Source: Squalus acanthias (lineage: Eukaryota). Taken from it: a DNA stretch of 64,000 nucleotides. Position 1 is the first letter of the stretch; each line of letters begins with the position of its first letter. The notes below the pieces were generated by a model that saw nothing but the letters and a program-made list of their open reading frames with translations, was not told where the DNA came from and made no database searches. The translations under genes and the position numbers were made by a program. Shown piece by piece: positions 51,070-64,000 of this stretch. The DNA is taken from the NCBI GenBank assembly GCA_030390025.1, contig CM059431.1, forward strand, positions 97,838,001 to 97,902,000. Direction: 5' to 3'.

Positions 51070-51390
51070 TAACAACAGAAAACGCTGGAAAAACTCAGCA
51101 GGCGAGGCAGCATCCGTGGAGAGAGAACCAGAGTTAACGTTTCAGGTTGAGACCTTTCGTCAGAACTGGAAACAGCAGGAAATCAAATAGATTTAAGGCG
51201 AGGATAAAGCTGGGAAAAGGGGGAGGGGATGAAAGAACAAAAGGAGAGATTAAGAGATATTCAAGGCAAGAGGTGGTGTTAATGTGACAGGTTAAGGCTG
51301 AAAGAAGTGTGAAATGCACTGGCAGAATGAAGGACAGCTGCCAGCTTCTAGGAGGGAAAAAAAGGAGAAAGTTATAAAGGAGAAAGTTGA
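51070..51390 (-). mobile_element. Penelope-like 3' tail fragment with hammerhead motif (51132-51167)
   Basis: Reverse complement closely matches ~43640-43955; contains CTGACGA...GAAACGTT. Confidence 0.8.
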
Positions 51391-52166
51391 CAGGAAAAAT
51401 CTGCAGTCGCAAAACTATTAACAACGAGATGGAAAGTATTAAAACCACATCAAAGGCAGCAGCATCTGGTAAAATACTTTTAATTTGGATAATTACATCG
51501 ATTGAGAAGTTTCATTTGCCATACAATAGATATAAAAGGGGATAGTATGTACAGGTAATTGCTGGCTTAACAAGTCTAGCTTCTGTTTGGTGAAGCGATT
51601 GTTCTTTTCCAATGTGATTACTTTGCTGATGCCTAACATTGCATTGGTAGTTGCAGTAACTCTCATTCATAACATAATGTCTCAAGTTCAGTCCCATTCC
51701 CACACCTTGGTGCATGGAAACGTATGTATAGCACCTTTGTTTAATCTGGTCATCCTTTTAACTACCAATGTTATTCATTGCTGCCTGTTGCCAAATTGAT
51801 AGCAAGTCATTCGTCAAACATTCATAAATTAGTGGCAAGATATGTAACAGTGGACACATTAAAGCAGCACGTAAACAGCAGTATTAATGTACAAACTGCG
51901 AGTTACATGTAGAGGAACTCAAGGAAAGAATTTGCATTTATATAGCACCTTTTGTGTCATCCAAAATGCTCTACAATCATTACTTTCGAGGTGCAGTTAC
52001 TGTTGTTCTGTCGGCAAATACAGCAACCAGTTTGCACACAGCAAGATCCCACACAGAGTAATGGTGTCGGTTGAGGAAGGAGTGTTAGCCTGGACATTGG
52101 GGAGAACTACTCGCACCTCTTTGAATAGCACCATGGGATCTTTTACATCACCCAAACAGGCAGACG

Positions 52167-52977
52167 GGTGGAGAAATGTGAAGTTCTCCACTTTGGTAGG
52201 AAAAATAGAAAAGCAGAGTATTTCTTAAATGGTGAGAGATTGGGAAATGTTGGTGTTCAGAGGGACCTGGGTGTCCTTGTACACGAATCACAAAGTTAAC
52301 ATGCAAGTACAACAAGCAATTAGGAAAGCAAATGGTATGTTGGCCTTTATTACAAGAGGATTTGAGTCTAAGAGTAAAGCTGTCTTACTGCATTTATATA
52401 GGGCCCTGGTGAGACCACACCTGGAGTATTGTGCACAGTTTTAGTCTCCTTCCCAAAGGAAGGATATACTTGCCATAGAGGGAGTGCAACGAAGGTTCAC
52501 CAGACTGCTTCCTGGGATGGGGGGATTGTCCTATGAGGAGAGATTGAGTAGACTAGGTCTATATTCTCTAGAGTTTAGAAGAATGAGAGGTGATCTCATT
52601 GAAACATACAAAATTCTTACAGGGCTTGACAGGGTAGATGCAGGGAGGATGTTTCTCCTGGTTGGGGAGTCTAGAACCAGGGGTCACAGTCTCAGAATAA
52701 GGGGTTGGCCATTTAGGACTGAGATGAGGAGAAATCTCTTCACTCAGAGGGTGGTGAATCTTTGGAATTCTCTGCCCCAGAGGGCTGTGGAGGCTCAGTC
52801 GTTGAGTATATTACAGACAGAGATCGATAGATTTTTGAATATTAAGGGAATCAAGGGATAGAGCAGGAAAGTGGAGTTGAGGTAGAAGATCAGCCATGAT
52901 CTTATTGAATGGCGGAGCAGGCTCGAGGGGCCCAATGGTCTACACCTGCTCCTATTTCTTATATTCATATGTTCTTA
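52167..52977 (+). mobile_element. CR1 3' fragment
   Basis: RT C-terminal motifs and 3' UTR tail. Confidence 0.92.
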
Positions 52978-53459
52978 AACCCGTTCACATTCAATAACCC
53001 TGTTTATTTGATTTGAACATCAATTTGAAAGAATTTGACACTGGATTGGTATTGGTGTGAAAGTTTAACTGCTTTATTAAAGTTTAAAAATTTGCCTTTT
53101 ATATATGTGGAATCCTTGATATACTGATTGGAGCTAAGGTAGTGTTTATTAGTCATGCAATTCGTTTGCTTTCGGGAGATGGTACCGTCATGGTGGGGGT
53201 TACATTAGGAGCTTGTGCTCAGGGTGTGGAGCCTCACCCACTGGGAGAGCATATTGAGAATTTTGTTGCAAGCCCCCAGCATGCCTCTCTGGATGGAAGG
53301 ATGTGGTGGGCGGGGGTCACGTGCCTGAATTCCAGATATGTGCTCCCTCTAGGCCAGGCTCCACATTGGGAGCTCAAACTCAGAAAATGACCCCTTGCAC
53401 TTGCAAACCTTTCAATGTCCAGCTTGCCTAAAACCATGCCAAGCTCAGTGAAAAGAAAG

Positions 53460-53865
53460 CCAGACTTGCATTTACATAGTGCCTTTCACATCCTCAGGAC
53501 ATCCCAAAGCGTTTTACAGCCAATGAAGTATTTTTGAGGTGTAGTCACTGTTGTGATGTAGGAAACGCGGCAGTCACTTTTCACACAGCAAGATCCCACA
53601 AACAGTAATGTGATAATGACCAGATAATTTTTAAAAAAAAGTAAAGTTGGCTGAGGGATAAATATTGGGCAGAACTCCCCTGCTTTTCTTCGAAATAGTG
53701 CCATGGGATCTTTTATGTCCACCTGTGTGTGCGGCGTTCCCTCAGCGCCGCACTGGGAGTGTCAGCCTGGATTTTGTGCTCAAGTCTCTGGAGTGGGACG
53801 TGAACCCACAACCTTCTGACATCAGAGGCGAGAGAGAGTGCGACCCACTGAGCCACGGCTGACAT
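53460..53865 (-). mobile_element. SINE, unexpanded, with an internal deletion
   Basis: Head at 53760-53865, partial single unit, body and tail. Confidence 0.85.
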
Positions 53866-54197
53866 TTCTGCGAGCAAAGCTTAGCTTGTGAACATTGAGC
53901 TGTGTTATGTTAGTGGTGCCTGCTTATTTAGTGCTATGCCTTGAATGGAAGACAAGAAGCTAAATTTAGTGCGTTAATGAAGTTAAATGCGTGTGCCAGG
54001 GTCTCTCCGGTGGAGCGATGCATTTACTTGGCTTCAGTCACGTTTTGATCTGCGTGTTACGAGGTAACACGTTAGAAGACAGCGCGGTTTAATAAAGAAT
54101 CTGGTTTCCTATATTATTTTCTGTTCCATCACCTTGTTGCCTTTACACTGTGGAATCCTGAAAGGTGGGCGGTGATTTGTTTCCTGCGGGAGGTTTG

Positions 54198-54458
54198 TTA
54201 TAAATTCTTCATGCAGACCTGGCACCGACCGATTCGAGTCAGAAGCTGTCCCGCTTTCAGAGTTTCGGGCACGGGCAGCTCCTCGAACTGCTGGCTGGGG
54301 TCGATGGTGGAAAGCCAGAAACTGTACTTGTTGGCAAAGTAGTGACACGTCCCACGGGCACCATTGCACTCCACGAACGGGGTGGTGCGGAAATCCTCGA
54401 GGCAACTCCCAGGGGACACCAGCGACTGGCCACCCCCTTCACTGCCTGCGGCCGTGTG
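54198..54458 (-). CDS. COL4A2: COL4A2 last coding exon (NC1 C-terminal part)
   Basis: [49 protein letters not shown]...CQVCMKNL*. The CQVCMKNL ending is alpha2(IV)-type. 261 bp after a cacag acceptor. Confidence 0.95.
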   Translation of the reverse strand, partial: HTAAGSEGGGQSLVSPGSCLEDFRTTPFVECNGARGTCHYFANKYSFWLSTIDPSQQFEELPVPETLKAGQLLTRIGRCQVCMKNL

Positions 54459-54759
54459 CTGTGGAAAAAACAAACGTACACAGAGTTCACGCATCCAATC
54501 TAACGGAAATAGACCAGCAACCTCACTGGAAAAAGCAACAGGACTTCAGTCAACTTTCAGTCCCTTGACAACAGGGCGGTTGCTCCATATTGAGCAAACT
54601 ACAAATAGTAAGGATAGAGTAAACTGCATGCCAATTCCGTGCTCCCGGCTCAGAGTCTCTCCCACCGGGAGCAGGAGGCAGGAATGGGAGTTCCGCACAA
54701 TATCTGCCCTCAGTGGGCAAAGGTGCGAGGTCTGAGTGAGCAAAGTAATGGACATCTGG

Positions 54760-55235
54760 AAAATATATCCAAGAGCGCCTCGGCGAGGGGGCAGAGGGGA
54801 TTTACTAGAATGGTACCTGGGATGATGGCCTTCAGTGACGTGGAGAGACTGGAGAAGCTGGGGTTGTTCTCCTTAGAGCAGAGAAGGTTAAGGGGAGATT
54901 TAATAGAGGTGAATCATGAGGGGTTGTGATAGAGTAGGTAAGCAGAAATTGTTTCCATTGAAGGTCGGTAACCAGAGGACACAGATTTAAGATAATTTAC
55001 AAAAGAACCAGAGGGGAGATGAGAATTTTTTTGACGCAGCGAGTTGTTGTGATTTGGAAGCAGATTCAATAGGAACTTTCAAAAGGGAATTGGATAAATA
55101 CTTGAAGGGGAGAAATTTGCAGGGCTGTGGGGAAAGAGCAGGGGGAGTGGGACTAATTGGAGAGCTCATTCACAGAGCCGGCACAGGCATGATGGGCTGA
55201 ATGGCCTCCTGCTGTGCTGTAAGATTCTATGATTC
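54760..55235 (+). mobile_element. Degenerate CR1 3' fragment in a COL4A2 intron
   Basis: QRGFTRMVPG...LFSLEQRRLRGDLIEV; tail gattctatgattc. Confidence 0.82.
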
Positions 55236-55330
55236 AACAGTGCCTGTTCCACACATCATAAATGGGCTTTACTGATCTACAGAGAAATTGTGGAAGAATT
55301 ATGATGTATTGAAATGAGGAAAAGTATTAC

Positions 55331-55617
55331 CATTAGGAAAGAGTAACCGATCCACAGACTGCGCCACCCAGCGGGGCACATTGGGATTGTGATATCCTGG
55401 CTGTGAACAGCGACTGCAAGGGAAGGAGCCTCACAGACAGAGCACCGGCTGATGTACGGCTTGATATCTTCATCGCCAACAGGCATCATTGGAATTGGAG
55501 CGTTGGTAGACAACCAGTAGGACTTGTCATTTCTGCTTGCAAAGTAGCAAACTTCATTGATGTTACAGTACACGAACGGGATTGTACTGAACCTTGGCAT
55601 GCACGATCCAGCTAATC
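55331..55617 (-). CDS. COL4A2: COL4A2 penultimate coding exon (NC1)
   Basis: [38 protein letters not shown]...[12 protein letters not shown]; 287 bp, cag/gtaata. Confidence 0.95.
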
Positions 55618-56629
55618 CTGGGTGACAAAGAAACAGCGGCAATCAGTGCACTTCGGAAATTCTGCATTCATGTTACTCCCATCCACGGCCACACTGTTAC
55701 AGTCCCCAACATTTCATTTACCCAGTTCCATCCTGCCAATTGAGCTTCCAGTGGACCAGGAACATAAACTTGTTCCGTTTCCCCACCCTGACAATGGACA
55801 CACTTTCACATTACTTGGTTCAGTGGGTAGACTCTCGCCTCTGAGTCAGAAGGTCGTGGGTTCAAGTCCCACTCCAGAGACTTGAGCACAAAATCCAGGC
55901 TGACATTCCCAGTGCAGCAGCAAGTGCCGACACCCCCTCATCTGGTCTAACTGGGGGCCAGCAATAAAAGGCACAGTCGCAGGAGAATCACCAGCCCTGC
56001 GCCCCTTGACCCCCTGCTCCCCCCACCCCCACCTCCCCCTGTCCCCTGACCCTGCCCCGCCCCCCCTGCTCCCCGCCCCACTTCCCCCTGACCCCCTGCG
56101 CCCTCTGCTCCCCTTGTCCCCTGACGCCCCGCCCCTGCGCCCCCTGCTAATCACCTCGTCTCCCTAGCCCTGCGGGCAGGCAGGCGGTGAAGGGGCGAGG
56201 GTCCGAGATCCCAGTTGGGGTGGGGGAAACTCGCGGGCGGCGTTCGAAGGGACGGGGATCTGGCGGAGCGTCCCGGCCCCATTTTGCCCCTTCCATCTGG
56301 TTTTGGTCAATGTGGTAGAGGAAAATCCCAGCCTCAATCTCGAAATCAGGACTTCAATCTGGACTCAGCCCATTCAATACTGATTTGCCTGGAGTTGGCA
56401 CCCACACTCCTCATCCAAGGGCCGATTCACGAAGCCGTGGTCCCATTGTGGAGCGTCATCCTTGGGAGCGCACACCTGGAAATCCACCAGCGCACTCCTC
56501 GCCATTTCAGGTGCGCTGGTGATTCCCGCTCTCTGCTCCCAACGGGCAAGGCCCAGCACAGGGTGCACCGGTTTCACAAACTCGTCCCTTTTACTTTCAG
56601 CTCCTTTCGGCCGTCAGATTTTAAAGGAG

Positions 56630-57040
56630 GCAATAACAACAACAACTTGCATTTATATAACGCCTTTAAATGTAGTAAAACGTCCCAAGGCGCTTCACAG
56701 GAGCAATTATGAAACAAAATTTGACACCGAGCCACATAAGGAGATCGTGGGACAGACGATCAAAAACTTGGTCAAAGAGGAAGTTTTTAAGGAGCATCTT
56801 AAAGGAGGAGAGAGAGGTAGCGAGGCGGAGAGGTTTACGGAGGGAATTCCAGAGCTTAGGGCCCAGGCAGCTGAAGGCACGGCTGCTAATGGTGGGGCGA
56901 TGGAAACCGGGGATGAGCAAGAGGCTAGAGTTGGAGCAGCGCAGAGATCTCCGGGGGTTGTGGGGCCGGAGGAGGTTACAGAGATAGGGAGGGGGGCGAG
57001 GAGACCATGGAGGGATTTGAAAACAAGGATGAGAATCTTA
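56630..57040 (-). mobile_element. L2-like LINE 3' end (unexpanded)
   Basis: Encodes [13 protein letters not shown]; tail ...aggcgttatataaatgcaag(ttg)n. Confidence 0.82.
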
Positions 57041-57071
57041 AGAGGCGCAACATTATCTTTTTGCAACGTAC

Positions 57072-57263
57072 CCAGGTCCTGGTTGTGGGATTTTTCCTGC
57101 CCTTCCACAAATAACAGGCTGTATCCGTCCCAGAGCCTGTTCATTCCCAGTGGGCATGGTGGGACTTGCTGCGACTGACTGTGCTTGACCAGGAGATAAC
57201 CCACACTGACACTTCGCCCCGGCATTCCCGCCATACCTCGAATACCTGTCGTCCCAGGAGCAC
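57072..57263 (-). CDS. COL4A2: COL4A2 exon spanning the triple helix/NC1 junction
   Basis: [30 protein letters not shown]...[12 protein letters not shown]; 192 bp, ccag/gtacgt. Confidence 0.95.
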
Positions 57264-57274
57264 CTGGAAAACAA

Positions 57275-59315
57275 GATAAGAACATCAGAACATAAGAAAT
57301 AGGAGCAGGAATAGGCTACTTGGCCCCTCGAGCCTGCTCCGCCATTCAATAAGATCATGGCTGATCTTGGGCTCAAAAGTCACTTCCCAGCCCGCTCCCC
57401 ATAACCCTTCACTCCCTTATCTTGCAAAAATCTGTCTATCTCCACCTTAAATGTATTTAATGACCCAGCCTCCACGGCTCTGGGGCAGAGAATTCCACAG
57501 ATTTACGACCCTCTGAGAGAAGAAATTCCTCCTCATCTCAGTTCTAAAAGGGCGACCCTTTATTCTGAGACTGTGCCCCCGAGTTCTAGATTTCCCCATG
57601 AGGGGAAACATCCTCTCTGCGTCTACCTTGTCGAGCCCCCTCAGTATCTTATATGTTTCAATAAGATCACCTCTCATTCTTCTAAATTCCAATGAGTATA
57701 GGCCCAGCCTGCTCAACCTTTCCTCATAAGTCAACCCCCTCATCTCCGGAATTAACCGAGTGAATCGTCTCTGAACTGCCTCCAATGCAAGTATATCCTT
57801 CCTTAAATAAGGAGACCAAAACTGTACGCAGTACTCAAGGTGTGGTCTCACCAATACCCTGTACAGTTGTAGCAGGACTTCCCTGCTTTTATACTCCAAC
57901 CCCCTTGAAATAAAGGCCAACATTCCATTTGCCTTTTTGATTACTTGCTGCACCTGCATGCTAACTTTTTGTGTTTCATGCACAAGGACCCCCAGGTCCC
58001 TCTGAACTGTAGCATTTTGTAATCTCTCTCCATTTAAATAATAGTTTGCTTTTTTATTTTTCCTGCCAAAGTGGATAACCTTGCACTTTCCCACATTATA
58101 CTCCATCCGCCAAATGTTTGCCCACTCACTTAGCCTGTCTATATCCCTTTGCAGATTCTTTGAGTCCTCTGCACAACTTGCTTTCCCACCCATCTTTGTA
58201 TCATCCACAAACTTGGCTACATTACACTCAGTCCCTTCATCCAAGTCATTAATGTAGATTGTAATAGTTGAGGCCCCAGCACCGATCCCTGTGGCACCCC
58301 ACTAGTTACCGTTTGCCAACAGGATAATGACCCATTTATCCCGACTCTCTGCTTTCTGTTAGTTAGCCAATTCTCTATCCATGCTAATATATTACCCCCA
58401 ATTCCGTGAGCTCTTATCTTATGCAGTAACCTTTTATGTGACACCTTATCGAATGCCTTCTGGAAATCTAAATACACCACATCCACTGGCTCACCTTTGT
58501 CCACCCTGCTCGTTACATCCTCAAAGAACTCCAGGAAATTTGTTAAACATGATTTCCCCTTCATAAAACCATGCTGACTCTGCTTGACTGCATTATGATT
58601 TTCCAAATGCCCTGCTACTGCTTCCTTAATGAAGGACTCCAGCATTTTCCCAACGACAGATGTTAGGCTAACTGGTCTATAGTTTCCTGCTTTCTGTCTC
58701 CCTCCTTTCTTAAATAGGGGTGTTACATTAGCGGTTTTCCAATCCGCTGGGACCTCTCCAGAGTCCAGGGAATTTTGGTATATTACAACCAATGCATCCA
58801 CTATCTCTGCAGCCACTTCTTTTAAGACCCTGGGATGCAGGCCATCTGGTCCAGGGGACTTGTCGTCTTTTAGTCCCATTATTTTACCGAGTACTATTTC
58901 CTTAGTGATAGTGATTGTCTTTAGTTCCCCCCTCCCTGTGGCCCCTTGATTATCCATTATTGGGATGTTGTTAGTGTCTTCTACAGTGAAGGCAGATACA
59001 AAATATTTGTTCCGAGTCTCTGCCATTTCCCCGTTCCCCATTATTAATTCCCCAGTCTCATCCTCTAAGGGACCAACGTTTACTTTAGGTACTCTCTTCC
59101 TTTTTATATACCTGTAGAAGCTATTACTAGCTATTTTAATATTTCTTGCCAGTTTACTCTCATAATTCATCATCTCTCTCTTTATTATTTTTTTTGTCAT
59201 CCTTTGCTGGTTTAAAAAAATTTCCCAATCCTCTGGCCTCCCACCAATCTTGGCAACATTGTATGCCTTCGTTTTCAATTTGATACCATCCTTTACTTCC
59301 TTAGTTAGCCACGGA
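57275..59315 (-). mobile_element. CR1-type LINE, ~2 kb, with a near-complete RT domain
   Basis: ORFs 58217-59278 and 57447-58244 carry [35 protein letters not shown] and FVDD, with one frameshift between them. Confidence 0.96.
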
Positions 59316-59489
59316 TGTTGCTCCGAGATGCTGAGAATAACATCAGGCTAGTCATTTCGCTCGCTGAAAAATTAAAAAAAATATTGCAACAGGATGAATG
59401 ATAGAGTTTGTTCCCCAAAACCTTCCAAGGATCTTAACTAGAAAATAATCTTCTGCATTGCGATTCTCCCTTCTCAATCCTCTTTGAAG

Positions 59490-60335
59490 CTCACACACAT
59501 GCACACACCCTCATACAACACACCCTCATACAACACACCCTCACACAACACAACACACCCTCACACAACACACGCACACACAAACACACCCTCACACACA
59601 TGCACACACCCTCATACTACACACCCTCACACACACACAACACACTCTTGCACACACACAACACAACATACTCTCACACACACACCACACCCTCACACAC
59701 ACAACACACTCTCGCACACACATACAACACACCCTCATACAACACACCCTCACACACACACACACCCTCACACACGCACACAACACACTCTCGCACACAC
59801 ATACAACACACCCTCATACAACACACCCTCACACACACACACACCCTCACACACACAACACACTCTCACACACACGCACACACCCTCATACAACACACCC
59901 TCACACACAAACACACAACACACTCTTGCACACACACACAACACACTCTCGCACACACACACAACACACTCTCACACAACACAATACACTCTCACACACA
60001 CACCACACTCTCGCACACACACCACACTCTCGCACACACACACAACACACTCTCGCACACACACACACAACACACTCTCGCACACACACACAACACACTC
60101 TCGCACACACACACAACACACTCTCACACAACACAACACACTCTCACACAACACAACACACTCTCACACACACAACACACTCTCGCACACACACACAACA
60201 CACTCTCACACAACACAACACACTCTCACACACACACCACACTCTCGCACACACACACAACACACTCTCGCGCACACACACCCTCACGCCCCCACAGACG
60301 CACGCTCAGACATGTTCACACACACATGCACACAC
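59490..60335. repeat. Degenerate CA-rich low-complexity repeat
   Basis: Directly visible. Confidence 0.95.
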
Positions 60336-60544
60336 AGTTTATAAGCAAGTGTAGAGCCAATGAAAAGGGGGGAGGGGATGAAAGAAGAAAGGGACGGTCT
60401 GTGATAGGGTGGAAGCAGGAGAGATTAAATGAAAAAAGGGATGATGGTGCGAGGCAAAAGGGGGTGGTAATGGGACATGCAGGAGGCCATCCCACTCCCA
60501 CTCTGACCTCTCTGTCCTCGATCTCTTATACTGGTCCAATGAAT

Positions 60545-60718
60545 TTCTTATAAACTGTTACATCTCTAACTTTTTCCAGTTCTGATGAAAGGTCACTGAC
60601 CTGAAACATTAACTCTGTTTCTCTCTCCACAGATGCTGCCTGAACCTGCTGAGTATTTCCAGCATTTGCTGTTTTTATTTCAGAAATTTCCAGCCTCCGC
60701 AGTATTTTGCTTTTGTTT
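60545..60718 (+). mobile_element. Penelope-like 3' tail fragment with degenerate hammerhead
   Basis: CTGATGA at 60582-60588, GAAAC at 60603-60607; downstream tail similar to 43890-43985. Confidence 0.75.
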
Positions 60719-60926
60719 TCGAGAGAGCTCGAGTCTGGGTTTAGGCAAGTGCGCAGTCTGTCAACTTCAAATCGAAAAATAGAACATGTTGGGGGGGTGA
60801 TGGAACTGACCGTGGGCGATAGCACAAATTGGGCGGAGTGTGAAGCGGGCTGGCGATTCGCTGACCACACGACGAATTTCAGGCCCCCCCTCCCCTCAAT
60901 GTGTGGAAGAGTCGAAGGTTTCATAC

Positions 60927-61043
60927 CGTGAAATCCCAATGGTCCTTGTTGACCAATATTGCCCGGTTCACCTCTGGGGCCCATCGTACCGGGGGAGTTG
61001 CTGCGACCGGGGATTCCTGGTCTACCCTTTGGGCCCTTCGGAC
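60927..61043 (-). CDS. COL4A2: COL4A2 Gly-X-Y exon
   Basis: GPKGPKGRPGIPGRSNSPGTMGPRGEPGNIGQQGPLGFH; 117 bp, phase 1-1, acag/gtatga. Confidence 0.9.
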
Positions 61044-61585
61044 CTGTGAAGAAAGACATTCAAGCACAACGCGCATCAGAGAGCGTTAAAGATATTCTCA
61101 GAGCTCAGATCAGCAGCACAGCAAGGCAGAAGCAGCAACAAATGAGCAAAACCTATTCTCGCGCTCTCTCCTCCAGGTTCGATATTTAAAGAAAGACTTG
61201 CATTTCTATAGTGCCTTTCACCACCTCAGGACTTCCCAAAGCGCTTGCAGCCAATGAAGTTCTTTTTGAGGTGGAGTCACTGTTGTAATGTAGGAATCGC
61301 GGCAGCCAATTTGCGCACAGCAAGCTCCCACAAACAGCAATGAGCTAATGACCATTTATTGCCCATCCCCAGTTGCCCCTTGAGAAGGTGGTGGTGAACC
61401 GCCTTCTTGAACCGCTGCAGTCCATGTGGTGAAGGTGCTCCCACAGTGCTGTTAGGGAGGGAGTTCCAGGATGGTGCAGTCATAATGAGCAGGACGAGAT
61501 ATGTTTGCATTGTCCCCAGACAACATAGCTCACATTCTCGGAATCCTGCAGAAAAAGGAAACCGAAGAGATGTTCACATTCTCAC

Positions 61586-61732
61586 CTAGATCCCCAGGAT
61601 TTCCCTTTGGACCCGGATCCCCTGGAAATCCATGACGTCCGGGACTTCCGGGCAGACCTCGAGAACCTTCCGGAGCGGGGAAACGTTGAGGAGGAGGGGC
61701 TGGTCCGCGTGGGCCTGGCAATCCCAGTATAC
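61586..61732 (-). CDS. COL4A2: COL4A2 Gly-X-Y exon with an interruption
   Basis: GILGLPGPRGPAPPPQRFPAPEGSRGLPGSPGRHGFPGDPGPKGNPGDL; 147 bp, phase 1-1, ctag/gtgaga. Confidence 0.9.
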   Translation of the reverse strand, partial: VYWDCQAHADQPLLLNVSPLRKVLEVCPEVPDVMDFQGIRVQREILGI

Positions 61733-62367
61733 CTAGAGTCCAATCAAATCAAAGACAGAGTTAGGCAGCAAAGATGTATTGCATCCAACGCACTCTGAGC
61801 TTCCTCCTCCGATTCCACCTCCCCTAGTTTGGTGTTATCCGCAAATTTGACCACATTGCAGTGAGGTTTAGAGTGGAAGTCTTAGATGTAAATTAGAAAC
61901 AGCAGAGGTCCCAATACTGAGCCATTCAGCATTTCCATGCTGTCTTGATATAACTCCTCTGTCAAATACTTGTTGTGTTCTGTCCTTCAGCCAGATTCTT
62001 ATACGCTCCCAGGGTTGACCCTGAATCCCCACAACTTTGAGTGGAATGAATAGCCTTTCATGTGGAACTTTATCAAATGCCTTCCTGAAGTCTAGATACT
62101 CCCGTACCGTGCGGCTTCCCCGGTCCTTGTGGGTTGTAACTTCCGTATGGGCAGGAACTTCCCCTTCTGAAACCCACGTGATGGCAGCTTGGGGTTTGGA
62201 AGCCTGAAGGTTATTGGACAAAGGAAAGGACACAGGAACAGGAGGAGGCCATTCAGCCCCTCGAGCCTGTCCCAGGGAGGTGAAGAGTTGGCTGGTTTAA
62301 AGACTCTTGGGATGAATCGATTGGACCAGTGTGAGCCGGAATTTCCCATACACGTCTATGATTGGGT

Positions 62368-63637
62368 AACATAAGAACATAAGAAATAGGAGCAGGAGTA
62401 GACCAATCGGCCCCTCGAGCCTGCTCCGCCATTCAATGAGATCATGGCTGATCTGATCCAACCTCAACTCTAAAGAACACAAGTAGGAGCAGGACCAGGC
62501 CACTCGGCCCCTGGGCCCGCTCCGCCACCCACAGGGCCTTGACCGATCCGAACTCAGCCTCATGTCCAATTTCCAGCCCGCTCCCCGTAACCCCTGATTC
62601 CCTTTACTTCTAGGAAACGGTCTATTTCTGTTTTAAATTTATTTAATGAAGTAGCTTCCACAGCTTCCTGGGGTAGCAAATTCCACAGACCCACTACCCT
62701 CTGAGTGAAAAAGTTTCTCTTCATCTCAGTTTTGAAAGAGCAGCCCCTTATTCTAAGATTATGTCCCCTAGTTCTAGTTTCACCCATCATTGGGAACATC
62801 CTCACCGCGTCCACCCGATCAAGCCCCTTCACAATCTTATATGTTTCAATAAGATCGCCTCTCATTCTTCTGAACTCCAATGAGTAGAGTCCCAATCTAC
62901 GCAACCTCTCCTCGTATGTCCACCCCCTCATCCCCGGAATTAACCGAGTGAACCTTCTTTGTACTGCCTCGAGAGCAAGTATGTCTTTTCTTAAGTATGG
63001 ACACCAAAACTGTATGCAGTACTCCAGGTGCAGTCTCACCAATACCCTATACAACTGCAGCAATACCTTCCTGTTTTTATATTCTATCCCCCTAGCAATA
63101 AAAGCCAACATTCCATTGGCTTTCTTGATCACCTGCTGCACCTGCATACTAACTTTTTGATTTTCTTGCACCAAGACCCCCAGATCCCTTTGTACTGCAG
63201 TACTTTCCAGTTTCTCGCCATTAAGATAATAACTTGCTCTCTGATTTTTCCTGCCAAAGTGCATAACCTCACATTTTCCAATATTGTATTGCATCTGCCA
63301 AATCTCTGCCCACTCACCCAGCCTGTCTATATCCCCTTGTAGGTTTTTTATGTCCTCCTCACTCTCTACTTTCCCTCCCATCTTTGTATCATCTGCAAAC
63401 TTTGATATGTTACACTCGGTCCCCTCCTCCAAATCGTTAATATAGATTGTAAAGAGTTGGGGACCCAGCACCGACCCCTGCGGAACACCACTGGCTACTG
63501 GTTGCCAGTCCGAGAATGAACCATTTATCCCAACTCTCTGCTTCCTGTTAGATAACCAATCCTCCACCCATGCCAGAATATTACCCCCAATCCAGTGATT
63601 TTTTATCTTGAGTAATAATCTTTTATGTGGCACCTTG
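62368..63637 (-). mobile_element. Young CR1-type LINE fragment with an open 361-aa frame and doubled tail
   Basis: ORF 62560-63645 is uninterrupted from KVPH to the natural C-terminus. Confidence 0.96.
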
Positions 63638-64000
63638 TAAGCCAATCAGCCAGGGGTACAAAGTCGGAGAATTTCCCGTTTGATTCCATCACAGTGAGAT
63701 AATTACACCAAAGTTGTCTACTGAGAGAAATAAGGGCTGATCGACTGATCCCACACTCCCGGCACTGGAGGCAGCATCAGTCGGGAAATCCGTGAAGCTC
63801 CTGAATTTTTCTGTCCATTTATTTCCCTCCCTGGGTATTGGTGCAAGTTAAAGGAAATGGGACTGCAGCAACTGAATGAAAATGCTTCGTGGGTTGTGCA
63901 ACATAATTAAATGAAAATTGTAAATTCTGCCACATCATAAGCAACATTACAAGTTAATCCAGGAATGGAACAGTTACCCCGTGTCCATTCGAGCACAGTC

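Noticed and set aside
51479..53078. COL4A2 poly(A) signal candidates (minus-strand ATTAAA at 51479-51484, AATAAA at 53073-53078)
   Set aside because: Cannot choose between them without transcript data; such hexamers are common in AT-rich DNA.
59484..60553. His/Thr-rich ORFs
   Set aside because: Translation of a CA-rich low-complexity tract in a COL4A2 intron.

Overview
Eukaryotic (vertebrate) genomic DNA. The repeat content (CR1-type LINEs with TTCTTATG-type tails, tRNA/Deu-type SINEs, Penelope-like elements) points to a cartilaginous fish, probably a shark (inference). The window holds the conserved NAXD - RAB20 - COL4A2 block: seven NAXD coding exons on the minus strand (9.5-17.1 kb), the last coding exon of RAB20 on the plus strand (46353-46870) and the last five COL4A2 coding exons on the minus strand (54.2-61.7 kb). 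I could not find the first exons of NAXD or RAB20; they probably lie in the 500-N gap. Most of the rest is transposable elements and minisatellites. Main points: (1) an internally deleted endogenous retrovirus (47771-50203, 5-bp TSD CCTAT) whose env remnant looks like a foamy-virus/F-protein-type TM rather than a gamma-type TM; (2) eight SINE copies with a 33-bp minisatellite expanded at the same internal site, and a 3.15-kb tandem duplication apparently made by crossover between two such arrays; (3) a Penelope-like element with a minimal hammerhead ribozyme motif, inserted in frame into a CR1; (4) several nested insertions with visible target-site duplications. All calls are by eye; no database searches were run.
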